This document shows positions 49,496-61,785 of a DNA stretch of 64,000 bases, piece by piece. The position numbers and the translations under genes were made by a program. The stretch comes from Dehalococcoidia bacterium. Lineage in GTDB: Bacteria > Chloroflexota > Dehalococcoidia > Plut-88900. The stretch's first letter is position 1. Each line of letters starts with the position of its first letter. The stretch spans positions 96,001 through 160,000 of the forward strand of contig CBDFLQ010000006.1 in the NCBI GenBank assembly GCA_965249275.1, read 5' to 3'. The notes under the pieces are model-generated. The model did not search any database, was not told the DNA's origin, and worked only from the letters and a program-made list of their open reading frames with translations.

Positions 49496-51808
49496 TCAAG
49501 GCCTAGCTTGATTGAATTTTGAGAGCCATGCAAGATCACTCTCTAATGCGGGGCGACGCCAATATATGCGTCTCACTTCCGATACAAATATCGGATCCGT
49601 ACTTGATACCGCGTGCCAGATTCTTAATGTTTCTGTGAGTGCTTGAATGTCCTCCAATTCATCATATGCGAGAGCAAGTCCCCGGTAGATTCGCGAACGT
49701 GGAACTGAATATTCTTCTGGAGGAGCCTTTAGTGCCCGCCGGAATAAATCTACCGCAGCGTATCGAGCGCTCTTCGCCTGTGAGAATTGGTTGAGATTGT
49801 CCAAGGTCTTGGCTTCTCGCGACCTTAGGTAGCCCGCGCGGTGGCAACGTCCATCTGATTCCTCACACCTTTCGAGTGCCAGTTGCGAAACTTTGATCGC
49901 GTTCCTCCACAGCCCTAGAAGATTCTCCTCAGTATCCCTCCAAACCGCTTCCTCCGCAGAACGGATTTCCAATTCCGTCCAGTGGAAATACATCTCTGGT
50001 TTTCTGGGCCCGAACTTATGGGCGTTCTTGAAAGCCTCCTGAGCCTCTGACCGGAATTGTTGAGGGTTCCTAGCATATATCCATCCTAGCATTCCATACA
50101 GGTCAGGATCGTCTCTTAGCTCTCCAGTCATTGCTAACACTAATTTGTTGGTGGCAGCCTCTATTCCAGAGTGATCGTGTTCCTCTTTAGCATCCCTAAT
50201 CGCCTTCCCTATCGCCAGACGCTTTGCTTCCGTTGTTCGCTCTCCTGTTAGGCCCTTATATGCTGACACCGCCGATAGTAACTTCGGGTGCTTCGCGAAT
50301 GTGCTTCGAACTAAACGCCGCGTATTGGAATTGATGCTGTAAGCAGGCTCGGAAGTCTCTTTATTATCCACGCGGTGTATCAGTCCACTACTTAATAAGG
50401 TAGTGACACCGCTTTCCACATCATCGTCTGCCAGCCCCCCCACCTGGCTAATCTCAACAACGCGCAGAGGCCGATTGCCCACTGCAATTGAGATAAGCGT
50501 ATCTTCAGTCACACCTCCAAGGCGTTCCAACTGCCGTCGCAACGCATAAACGCGGGCCCCATCTCCTTTGCGGTGCTCCCATTCTTCAATTGCCTTCTTA
50601 ACCCCTACCAGTGCCGCATAACGGATGAGGTCATCGACGAACAGGGGATAGCCTTGTGTGACAGCTCGGATTCTAACAATGTTCTTTAGACATACATTTT
50701 CGTCGACGCCATATTCACCTGCGCGCCCAGCAATGAAGTTTTGGAGAGTCTCGTCGTCAAACGGAGGTACCTCCATGTAACGTATTCCTGGAATCTGTTG
50801 CCGCGAGGTAAACAAAACCTTGCTTGCGGTAGGGCGCAACTCGAACAGCAACATTTCCGCAGTATCCTGATCGTCAATCACTGTATCTAGATCGTCAACG
50901 ATCAGCAGACAGCGTGTATTCCTCAGTTCGGAGAGCATTTCATCTTTCGACACGTCGTAGCGATCACTTCCGTATAGTGCATTCACAATGCGATTACAGA
51001 ATGTAGGCACATCCTCAAAATCAGGTATCCGCTCTTTAGTAGAACGATCTACGTATTCAATCTTCTTTGCAGTGAGCCACACGATCGCGTCAATGTAATC
51101 AGACGCGATGTCTCGTATTTCCTGAGCGAACTTATGGGCCAGAGCGCTCTTCCCAACGCCACCATATCCCCACACCATGCGCTGTTTAGAGTCACTGGTA
51201 AACCAGTCCAACAACTCCCTCAATTGCTCTGATCTTCCTAGGAATTCGTCATAGATTTCGTCATGCGGGGGCAATTGAACCTCAATGGGTCTACCGCCCC
51301 AAGGATCAACTCCCGAAAGTAACGAGTCCAGAATGTCGTGAAACTCTTTCCCTATCGGGGAATTGATTGCATCCAGTAGTATTTGTGCGTTTTGGATAAA
51401 CCGGATTAAATCCACGCGGCGAATGATGTGTTCTTTGCGGCGATGCGCAAGGTTATGTCTGAGTTCTGTAATCTCTCCCAGATATACTTTCACTCGCTCT
51501 TGCTGACCCAATAAGCAGGAGAAAATCTTCCAATTACCAATGACAATGTTAGAGAGATGCTCAATGCCGAACAGTTCTTCATCAGATTTTCCCATGTCTA
51601 CGACCCGCATAGGGTTGTTCAACATCTTCTCTACGCGTAGGAACTCTTCCTCCTTAAAGTGTCTTCGCACTCCCTCCTTTAGCCAGTCATCTCCAATGGC
51701 CATCTGTAAGTTCTTTACTATCGGCTCATGGAATCCATCTAAGAAATCCAGTAGTTTCTCGTTGGCAAAGTCATTTATGTTCAAGATTGTTAGCCCCCTA
51801 TACCACAA
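49496..51808 (-). CDS. Swt1-like HEPN + NB-ARC/STAND ATPase + TPR protein (candidate antiphage defence)
   Basis: RHNLAH (RX4H), Walker A GYGGVGKS, Walker B LLIVDDLD, TSR, GYPL, helical repeat C-terminus; visibly lower GC. Confidence 0.8.
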   Translation of the reverse strand: MWYRGLTILNINDFANEKLLDFLDGFHEPIVKNLQMAIGDDWLKEGVRRHFKEEEFLRVEKMLNNPMRVVDMGKSDEELFGIEHLSNIVIGNWKIFSCLLGQQERVKVYLGEITELRHNLAHRRKEHIIRRVDLIRFIQNAQILLDAINSPIGKEFHDILDSLLSGVDPWGGRPIEVQLPPHDEIYDEFLGRSEQLRELLDWFTSDSKQRMVWGYGGVGKSALAHKFAQEIRDIASDYIDAIVWLTAKKIEYVDRSTKERIPDFEDVPTFCNRIVNALYGSDRYDVSKDEMLSELRNTRCLLIVDDLDTVIDDQDTAEMLLFELRPTASKVLFTSRQQIPGIRYMEVPPFDDETLQNFIAGRAGEYGVDENVCLKNIVRIRAVTQGYPLFVDDLIRYAALVGVKKAIEEWEHRKGDGARVYALRRQLERLGGVTEDTLISIAVGNRPLRVVEISQVGGLADDDVESGVTTLLSSGLIHRVDNKETSEPAYSINSNTRRLVRSTFAKHPKLLSAVSAYKGLTGERTTEAKRLAIGKAIRDAKEEHDHSGIEAATNKLVLAMTGELRDDPDLYGMLGWIYARNPQQFRSEAQEAFKNAHKFGPRKPEMYFHWTELEIRSAEEAVWRDTEENLLGLWRNAIKVSQLALERCEESDGRCHRAGYLRSREAKTLDNLNQFSQAKSARYAAVDLFRRALKAPPEEYSVPRSRIYRGLALAYDELEDIQALTETLRIWHAVSSTDPIFVSEVRRIYWRRPALESDLAWLSKFNQARP

Positions 51809-51957
51809 ATTAACTTACCCTGTGATTCTAAGAACAAGATATCATCTGTATGCACAGCATGAGTAGCCTCCACCCCCAATTGACCCCCACCCCCTCCGTC
51901 ATTCCAGCCGCCGAGAGCCGAAATCCATCCCATCTCCCTTCTACCCAGTACTGAACT

Positions 51958-51997
51958 AGAGGCAGAGGTTGGCGCAGAAGCGCCAACCTCTGCCTCT
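51958..51997. terminator. 18-bp perfect hairpin
   Basis: AGAGGCAGAGGTTGGCGC-AGAA-GCGCCAACCTCTGCCTCT. Confidence 0.6.
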
Positions 51998-52110
51998 GTT
52001 CTTATCTCTCCCTCTCCCTTAATGGCCCTAAGGGAGAGGGGGATAAAGGGGGTGAGGGTTCCCCGGTGGGGTTGGGGCGTTGTCCCCCGCCTAGGTGTGC
52101 AATCAACCCC

Positions 52111-52140
52111 TTGACCTTACCTGAACATCCGTGCTACTAT
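52111..52140 (+). promoter_or_regulatory. Sigma70 promoter with LexA-like operator (element 3)
   Basis: TTGACC-N18-TACTAT with GAACATCCGTGC (52123-52134). Confidence 0.7.
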
Positions 52141-52347
52141 CCCCACCGTTCGAACACCACCCTAACTATCTCAAGGAGGAACCAAAAACCCAGGGAAGCC
52201 CACCCGACCCACCCGAGGACTCAACGTCCAAGCCCATCCCAATGGCCCTCACACGGGGCCCGCGGCTCAAGCGAAAGCGGAACGTCCGCCTATGGAGAAA
52301 CGCCATCTCCTCACTCCATCGGGTCCCGTGCCCCTTCCCTACCCCCA

Positions 52348-52775
52348 GGCGATGGAAAGACGCCCTGGTTCGCTATCGTTCCATGTGAGGCTCCTAACGG
52401 AGATGCCGCTCCTTCAAGCGGAATAGCGGTCGGATAGGCCCGGCGCCGAGGTCCTCTCGGTACACCGTCCGCTTAATGAAGCCGGGAGCCGGTGGTCTAC
52501 GCGCTCCGGGTCGCACCGGCAAACTTGAACACACTACGCCTGCAGAGGCCCGGCATCGGACGCTGGACGGGCCTCCTGGCCGCCCTATAGCGGTGCAGCC
52601 AACCCCCGGAGTCGGGCTCGGACCTGCTGGCCCTGAAGGTCCCTGCCCATGTCCAGTGTATACAGGGCCAAAGGCCGCAGCAGCGGCAAAAGCGGGCCGG
52701 CGCCCTTGCCCCAGGGCGTCGGAGCGCCCGAAGCACATGAACAGGGGCAGCGTCCAGCAAGCGTCTTCCATCGCC
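52348..52775 (+). ncRNA. Candidate large structured RNA, copy 3
   Basis: Closing stem GGCGATGGAAAGACGC / GCGTCTTCCATCGCC; nested helices GCTGGACG/CGTCCAGC, CTGCCC/GGGCAG, CCCGGC/GCCGGG, GCCGGTG/CACCGGC. Confidence 0.6.
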
Positions 52776-52864
52776 AACCTCCCAGACAGAACAATCAAAA
52801 CCCTACCCCCCACAACTGAATAGAAACCCGGCGTGTCACTAATCTACTGGACGAGTTCCCCCAA

Positions 52865-52893
52865 TTGACCCCCCACCCCCGACATGCTACCAT
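52865..52893 (+). promoter_or_regulatory. Probable ribF promoter
   Basis: TTGACC-N17-TACCAT. Confidence 0.55.
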
Positions 52894-52938
52894 CCCACCT
52901 AGTGACCCCTATCCCGTGGTAGGGGTCGCATTCGGATA

Positions 52939-53874
52939 TTGAGCCACCCTGTGCTGGAAGAGCTAACCGCCCCCCCACCTGAGAGACACACCGCCGTCGC
53001 CATCGGGGTGTTCGACGGTGTGCACCTTGGACACCAGGCCCTCTTCCGAAGCACCATCGCCCAAGCCCAGGCCCGTGGCCTCGACTCAGCAGTCGTAACC
53101 TTTCGAAACCACCCCCTTACCGTCCTCTCGCCCACCTTCCAACCCCGCTACCTCATGGACCTGCAAACTCGCCTTGAAGCAATCTCATCCTTCGGCATCG
53201 ACCATACCGTCGCCATCAACTTCACCCGGGAAGTGTCACAGCTAAGGGCGAGAGAGTTCGTGCAGCGACTTTCCGAAGGCCTCAACATGAATGTCCTCGT
53301 CTGCGGGCAGGACTTCGCCCTTGGCAAGAACCGCGAGGGAGACCTTGAGACCCTGACAAAGCTGGGAGAGGACTACGGTTACCAGGTCGTCTGCCAGGAC
53401 GTAATCCAGGACGGAAGCCTTACCGTCAGCAGCACCGCCATCCGGCAAGCCCTCGCCGAGGGAAACATCGAATTGGCCATGCGCCTCATGAGCAGACCCT
53501 TCCGACTCTCGGGGCCCGTGGTGATCGGCGACAAGCGGGGCCGGCTCCTCGGCTTCCCCACCGCCAACGTCGATGTCCCTCCCGACCGCGCCCTTCTAGC
53601 CGACGGCATATACGCCACCCGCGCCCTTGTCAAAGACCGAACCTTGGACTCCATAACTTACATCGGCAACAAGCCCACCTTCGACGGCGAGAAGCGTGCC
53701 ACTGAGGTCTACATCTTCGATTTCGACGAAGACATATACGGCCAGTCCATCGATGTAGATTTCCTGGCCAAGATCAGGGGCGACATGCGCTTCTCCGGCG
53801 CCCAGGAGTTGATCGACCGGATGAACATTGACGTAGAAATGGCCCGAAATGCCCTCTCATCAAGCCTCAGCTAA
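52939..53874 (+). CDS. ribF: Bifunctional riboflavin kinase/FAD synthetase
   Basis: GVFDGVHLGHQ, VSSTAIR, GFPTAN, GNKPTF. Confidence 0.96.
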   Translation: MSHPVLEELTAPPPERHTAVAIGVFDGVHLGHQALFRSTIAQAQARGLDSAVVTFRNHPLTVLSPTFQPRYLMDLQTRLEAISSFGIDHTVAINFTREVSQLRAREFVQRLSEGLNMNVLVCGQDFALGKNREGDLETLTKLGEDYGYQVVCQDVIQDGSLTVSSTAIRQALAEGNIELAMRLMSRPFRLSGPVVIGDKRGRLLGFPTANVDVPPDRALLADGIYATRALVKDRTLDSITYIGNKPTFDGEKRATEVYIFDFDEDIYGQSIDVDFLAKIRGDMRFSGAQELIDRMNIDVEMARNALSSSLS

Positions 53875-55082
53875 TGACTACCGGCAAATACGACTACATA
53901 TTCAACCGCGGAGTCACCGAGGTAATCCGTCGCGAGGAGTTGGAACAACTCCTCGATGCTGGTAAACCTCTCCGACTCAAAATGGGGTTCGACCCCAGCC
54001 GCGCCGACATCCACCTCGGCCACACCGTCGGGCTCCGCAAGCTGCGCCAGTTCCAGGAGCTCGGCCACCGGGTCATCCTCATCGTTGGCGACTGGACAGC
54101 CCAGATCGGCGACCCCAGCGGCCAGTCCGCCACACGGCAGATGCTCTCCGCGGAGACCGTCCGAGAAAACGCCCAGACCTACATGGACCAGTTCTTCAAG
54201 GTAGTCGACCGGAACCGCACCGACGTCCGATGGCAGAGCGAGTGGTTCGGCAACTTCACCCTCACCGAGGTCATATCCCTCACCAGCCGCTTCACCGTCG
54301 CCCAGATCCTCGCCCGTGAGGACTTCTCCAACCGCTTCAAGGCCAAACGGCCCATCGCCATCACCGAGCTCCTCTACCCACTCCTCCAGGCCTACGACTC
54401 CACAGTCATTGAGGCCGACGTCGAGTTCGGCGGCACCGACCAGAAGTTCAATCTGCTCCTCGGCCGCGAGCTCCAGTCCATGGTAGGCCAACGGCCTCAG
54501 CAGTGTCTGCTCGTGCCCATCCTTGTAGGCACCGACGGCGTACAGCGCATGAGCAAGAGCCTCGACAACTACATCGGCGTCGCTGAGTCCCCCAAGGACA
54601 CCTATTTCAAGGTCATGCGCCTGAACGACGACCTCATCCCCAATTACCTGGAACTCGTCACAGACATCCCGGACACCGATATCTCCGAAGTCAAAGAGGC
54701 GATGGCATCCCGCTCCGTCAACCCCATCGAGATCAAGAAGCGCCTCGCCCGTGATATAGTCTCCCAGTTTCACTCCACCGAGGCCGCTGCCTCCGCCGAG
54801 ACCGAGTTCGAACGCATCGTCCAACGCAAAGAGGCCGACGACCTCGTAACCGAAGTACCCTTGGCCTCCCTCAATGCCGGAGATACCGCTTTCATCCCCC
54901 GACTTCTCGTCAAATATAAGGCCGCTTCCTCCACCGGCGAGGCCCGACGTCTAATCGACGGCGGCGGAGTCGAGATCGGCGGAGACAGGCTCTCCGAATA
55001 CACTGTTGACCGCTCGAAGCTGGTGCCCGGCACCCGTATGAAGGTCGGTAAGCGCCGTACCCTTATCTTCATCGATGGCTAG
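53874..55082 (+). CDS. tyrS: Tyrosine--tRNA ligase
   Basis: GFDP..IHLGH, IGDPSG, YPLLQAYD, GGTDQKFN, RMSKS, S4-like C-terminus. Confidence 0.96.
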   Translation: MTTGKYDYIFNRGVTEVIRREELEQLLDAGKPLRLKMGFDPSRADIHLGHTVGLRKLRQFQELGHRVILIVGDWTAQIGDPSGQSATRQMLSAETVRENAQTYMDQFFKVVDRNRTDVRWQSEWFGNFTLTEVISLTSRFTVAQILAREDFSNRFKAKRPIAITELLYPLLQAYDSTVIEADVEFGGTDQKFNLLLGRELQSMVGQRPQQCLLVPILVGTDGVQRMSKSLDNYIGVAESPKDTYFKVMRLNDDLIPNYLELVTDIPDTDISEVKEAMASRSVNPIEIKKRLARDIVSQFHSTEAAASAETEFERIVQRKEADDLVTEVPLASLNAGDTAFIPRLLVKYKAASSTGEARRLIDGGGVEIGGDRLSEYTVDRSKLVPGTRMKVGKRRTLIFIDG

Positions 55083-55132
55083 CGGCCTTCTCCTCGGTGC
55101 TTAATCCGCTAAAATCTATTCAAGAAAGTGCT

Positions 55133-58304
<3,172 letters not shown>

Positions 58305-58919
58305 ATGTGGCCCTTTAAGAGGAGTAAGTGGTTGGGCGAGCGCTACGACCTCGCTGTCGTCGGTCTGGGCAACCCCGGCCCCGAGTACGACGGCACCCGA
58401 CACAACGTCGGCTTCGACTGCGTCGACAAGTTCGCCTCCGAGCACGGTCTGAAGTGGACGGGTCGTCGCGGCCCCCTCAAGTGGGCCGAGGGCCGGGTAA
58501 CTATTGAAGGGTCAGCCAAGCGTATCCTCCTCGCCAAGCCCCGCACCTTCATGAACCTCAGCGGCGAGGCCGTACGCTACATCACCACCCGCTGGTCCGT
58601 CCCCGAGGACAAGCTGCTGATCATCTACGACGACATGGACTTGACCTTGGGCACAATCCGCATCCGCATGCAAGGGAGTGCCGGGGGCCATAATGGGATC
58701 AAGTCCATCATCCGCGCTCTCGGCACCGAAAACGTGCCCCGCATAAGGGTCGGCATCGGGCGGGATGCCACCGGCCGGACTGGTGCCATCGCCCGGGTCC
58801 TCAGCCGCTTTTCTGCCGACGAAAGACAGGCTATGGACAACTCAGTCTCCACCGTCTCCGAGGCCGTAGCCTGCATCCTGTCCAAGGACCTGGATGCGGC
58901 CATGTCCCAATACAACTAG
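58305..58919 (+). CDS. pth: Peptidyl-tRNA hydrolase
   Basis: GLGNPG..TRHNVGF, KPRTFMNLSG, GGHNGIKS. Confidence 0.96.
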   Translation: MWPFKRSKWLGERYDLAVVGLGNPGPEYDGTRHNVGFDCVDKFASEHGLKWTGRRGPLKWAEGRVTIEGSAKRILLAKPRTFMNLSGEAVRYITTRWSVPEDKLLIIYDDMDLTLGTIRIRMQGSAGGHNGIKSIIRALGTENVPRIRVGIGRDATGRTGAIARVLSRFSADERQAMDNSVSTVSEAVACILSKDLDAAMSQYN

Positions 58920-58956
58920 CAGAAGCTTCCTCATTGGCGGCATTCGCCGCACCCTG

Positions 58957-59214
58957 CTATGGGACAACAACCTCCATAGCTTCCACCTCACCTTCCTCGC
59001 CATAATCTGAGCGGGACTCTGCAACCCCGTAATGCCGTGGGTCCGGCAGGGGAAGGCCATCTTTCCTCATCTCTTCGACATACAGTCCCACAGCCTCCTC
59101 AATGAGCTTGCACACCTCCTCCTTGGACTCCGCGGCAGCTATGCACCCCGGCAAATCCGGCGCATACGCACTGTAACTGGTAGTCCCTTTCTCTATTATG
59201 ACTATGTATTGCAT
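58957..59214 (-). CDS. HicB-family antitoxin-like protein
   Basis: MQYIVIIEK..YSAYAPDLPGC...EEAV...DGLPLP. Confidence 0.8.
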   Translation of the reverse strand: MQYIVIIEKGTTSYSAYAPDLPGCIAAAESKEEVCKLIEEAVGLYVEEMRKDGLPLPDPRHYGVAESRSDYGEEGEVEAMEVVVP

Positions 59215-59256
59215 AGCAGCTCTAACTTTTGGCATGTACCCCGATCCAATGACCCC

Positions 59257-60033
59257 CTACCATATGCTCCAACCCCCATCCACCATGATCGTTTGCCCAG
59301 TTATGTAGCTGGAGTTCTCCGAGGCCAGAAGCAGCAAAAGCCCAACCAACTCCTCCGGCTGCCCGACCCTGTTCATCGGCGAAAGGGCCTCGAGTTCCGC
59401 CTTCACGTCGGGTAGCTTAAGGAAACGGTCGGTCAGCTCAGTGTGGAAAAATCCTGGCCCGATTTGATTAACGGTTACACCCCTCTTGGCCCACTGCTTC
59501 GCTGTCTCCCGGGTCAGTCCCGCCATCGCGTGCTTGGCCGTGCAGTATCCAATGCTGGGATCGTTCTCCGGCGCGGCCTGCACCCCCTCCACCGAGGAGA
59601 TGTTGATAATCCTGCCCCATCCCCGGTCGAGCATCACCCGACCCGCCTTCTGCGTCAGCATGAACACTCCGAAAAGGTTGGTGTCCAGAATGATGCGGTA
59701 CTCTTCAAGGGTCGTGGTTTCGGTCCACATCGCCATGCCGCCCCGAGCCGCGTTGTTCACCACGATGTCTATCCTGCCAAACTCCTCCATCGTCTTCGCC
59801 ACCAGTTCGTCTATCTGGTCCTCCTGCGAAACGTCGGTCTGCATCACGAGGCACCGCCGTCCCCGCTCCCTCACCCCCTCGGCAGTCTGTTCCAGCCGCT
59901 CTTTCCGCCTCGCTGCCACCACAACGTCCGCCCCCGCCTCTGCGAGCGCGTGGGCGAACACCACCCCGAACCCCGAGGATGCACCCGTCACTATAGCTAC
60001 CCTATCCGTCAGATCGAACAATTTCTCAATCAT
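59257..60033 (-). CDS. SDR oxidoreductase
   Basis: TGASSGFG, NNA, YCTAK, VDGGW. Confidence 0.93.
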   Translation of the reverse strand: MIEKLFDLTDRVAIVTGASSGFGVVFAHALAEAGADVVVAARRKERLEQTAEGVRERGRRCLVMQTDVSQEDQIDELVAKTMEEFGRIDIVVNNAARGGMAMWTETTTLEEYRIILDTNLFGVFMLTQKAGRVMLDRGWGRIINISSVEGVQAAPENDPSIGYCTAKHAMAGLTRETAKQWAKRGVTVNQIGPGFFHTELTDRFLKLPDVKAELEALSPMNRVGQPEELVGLLLLLASENSSYITGQTIMVDGGWSIW

Positions 60034-60053
60034 GGCTTCTCCCTTCTTAACGC

Positions 60054-60090
60054 GAAACGGCAACCTGCGCGCTGCGCAGGTTGCCGTTTC
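60054..60090. terminator. 17-bp perfect hairpin downstream of glnA
   Basis: GAAACGGCAACCTGCGC-GCT-GCGCAGGTTGCCGTTTC. Confidence 0.65.
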
Positions 60091-60101
60091 CTAGTCCGTC
60101 T

Positions 60102-61520
60102 CTAAGCGTGGTAGTACAGAGCAAACTCGAACGGGTGCGGCCTCATTCTAACCGGGTCGACTTCGTTGATCCGCTTGTATTCGATCCACGTCTCTATCAA
60201 GTCCGGCGTGAAGACGCCGCCCTTCAACAGGAATTCGTGGTCGGCCTCCAGAGCGTTCAATGATTCTTCCAGGCTGCCAGGTACTTGGGGAATTCCCTTG
60301 GCCTCTTCCGCGGAGAGTTCGTACAGATCCACGTCCATCGGTTCTCCGGGGTCCATCTTCTTCTCTATCCCGTCCAGACCCGCCATCAGCAGAGCCGAGA
60401 AGGCCAGGTACGGGTTTGCGGTAGGGTCAGGAGGTCGGAACTCGATGCGTACCGCGTTGGGCAAAGTCGAGTAAGCCGGAATCCTGATACAGGCGCTCCG
60501 GTTCCTGCGAGAGTAAATCAGGTTTACCGGTGCCTCGTACCCGGGGACTAGACGCTTGTAGGAGTTGGTGCCGGGAGCGCAGAAGGCCATCAAGGCCGGA
60601 GCGTGGGCCAGCAGACCGGCTATGTAGTGTCGGCACATGTCGCTGGTGAAGGCGTAGCCGTCCCCGTAGAAGAGGTTGATGTCGTCTTTCCTCAGGCTCT
60701 GGTGGACGTGCATTCCCGTACCGTTGTCCCCGAAGATCGGCTTGGGCATGAAGGTCACCGTCTTTCCGTGCCGCTTGGCCACGTTCTTGGCGATGTATTT
60801 GTACAGCAGTGCCTTGTCGCCCATCTTGGTGAGCGTGTCGAACCGGATGCTGATCTCGCTCTGGCCCCCGGTTGCCACCTCATGATGGTGCATCTCCACC
60901 CGGATCCCGACCTTCATCAGTTCCGTTGCTATATCGTTCCGGATGTCCGTGAGCGAATCCATGGGTGGAGCTGGTGAGTAACCCATTTTGGCCGGAGGTC
61001 TGTGTCCCAGGTTCGGCGAAGGGGCTCCCCTATTCCAAACGGCCTCCTGTGAGTCTATGTAGTAGTACGCCGCATTTGGCTGGTTGTCGTACCGGATGTC
61101 GTCCAGGATAAAGAACTCCAGTTCCGGCCCCCATGCGCTGGAATCGGCGATACCCGTGCTCTTCAGGTAGGCTTCCGCCTTCTTCGCTACATACCTCGGG
61201 TCCCGGGGATACCCATTACCCAGAACCGGGTCCCGTATGTCGCAAAGCAGGCTCAGAGTCGGGCGCTCGAATACCGTGTCAATGAACGCGGACGCCGGGT
61301 CGGGCACTATAAGCATGTCGCTTTCATTGATTGCTTGAAAGCCTCTGATGCTCGAACCGTCGAATCCCATACCCTCTTCGAACAATGCTTCATCCACTTC
61401 TACGGACGGCACCGAGAAATGTTGAAGCCGCCCGAACAGGTCGGTGAACTTCAGGTCCACGTACTCTATCCCCTCGTCCTTACACCTCTTTATTATGTCT
61501 TTACCGCTGGTCTCCGCCAT
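60102..61520 (-). CDS. glnA: Type I glutamine synthetase
   Basis: FDGSSI, HHEVA, TFMPKP..NGTGMHVH, NSYKRLVPGYEAP, RNRSA. Confidence 0.97.
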   Translation of the reverse strand: MAETSGKDIIKRCKDEGIEYVDLKFTDLFGRLQHFSVPSVEVDEALFEEGMGFDGSSIRGFQAINESDMLIVPDPASAFIDTVFERPTLSLLCDIRDPVLGNGYPRDPRYVAKKAEAYLKSTGIADSSAWGPELEFFILDDIRYDNQPNAAYYYIDSQEAVWNRGAPSPNLGHRPPAKMGYSPAPPMDSLTDIRNDIATELMKVGIRVEMHHHEVATGGQSEISIRFDTLTKMGDKALLYKYIAKNVAKRHGKTVTFMPKPIFGDNGTGMHVHQSLRKDDINLFYGDGYAFTSDMCRHYIAGLLAHAPALMAFCAPGTNSYKRLVPGYEAPVNLIYSRRNRSACIRIPAYSTLPNAVRIEFRPPDPTANPYLAFSALLMAGLDGIEKKMDPGEPMDVDLYELSAEEAKGIPQVPGSLEESLNALEADHEFLLKGGVFTPDLIETWIEYKRINEVDPVRMRPHPFEFALYYHA

Positions 61521-61714
61521 GGGTCCTCCTTTAATCGTGTGGTAACTCTCTTGCTCTTCTCTTGCTTGGTTACGTTATGTCTCCTGTTGTACGGTTCACA
61601 CCGCGCAATCTCCAGGAATATGTATTGTCGGTTTGGCGCGAGGCCGCAGGGGAATATACCAACTTGCGAACTCACACACAACGGACAAACGCCCCACGGG
61701 CCCTGAAGTTAGAG

Positions 61715-61743
61715 AGGGCGCCCCCCGGATTGGAGGGCGCCCT
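61715..61743 (-). terminator. Hairpin after moeB
   Basis: AGGGCGCCC...GGGCGCCCT. Confidence 0.5.
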
Positions 61744-61785
61744 ATACAAGACGTGTCCATTTCTCTTTGCGTACAGGTCGAGCGG

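Noticed and set aside
52348-52775. RNase P, tmRNA, SRP RNA or group II intron
   Set aside because: I saw no GAGGAAAGTCC, no tRNA-like ends or TTCGA arm, no SRP loop motif and no intron domain V on either strand; this was checked by eye only.
53800-53874. T-box upstream of tyrS
   Set aside because: tyrS overlaps the ribF stop codon, leaving no leader.
61521-61710. Glutamine riboswitch or GlnR box upstream of glnA
   Set aside because: No convincing consensus recognised.
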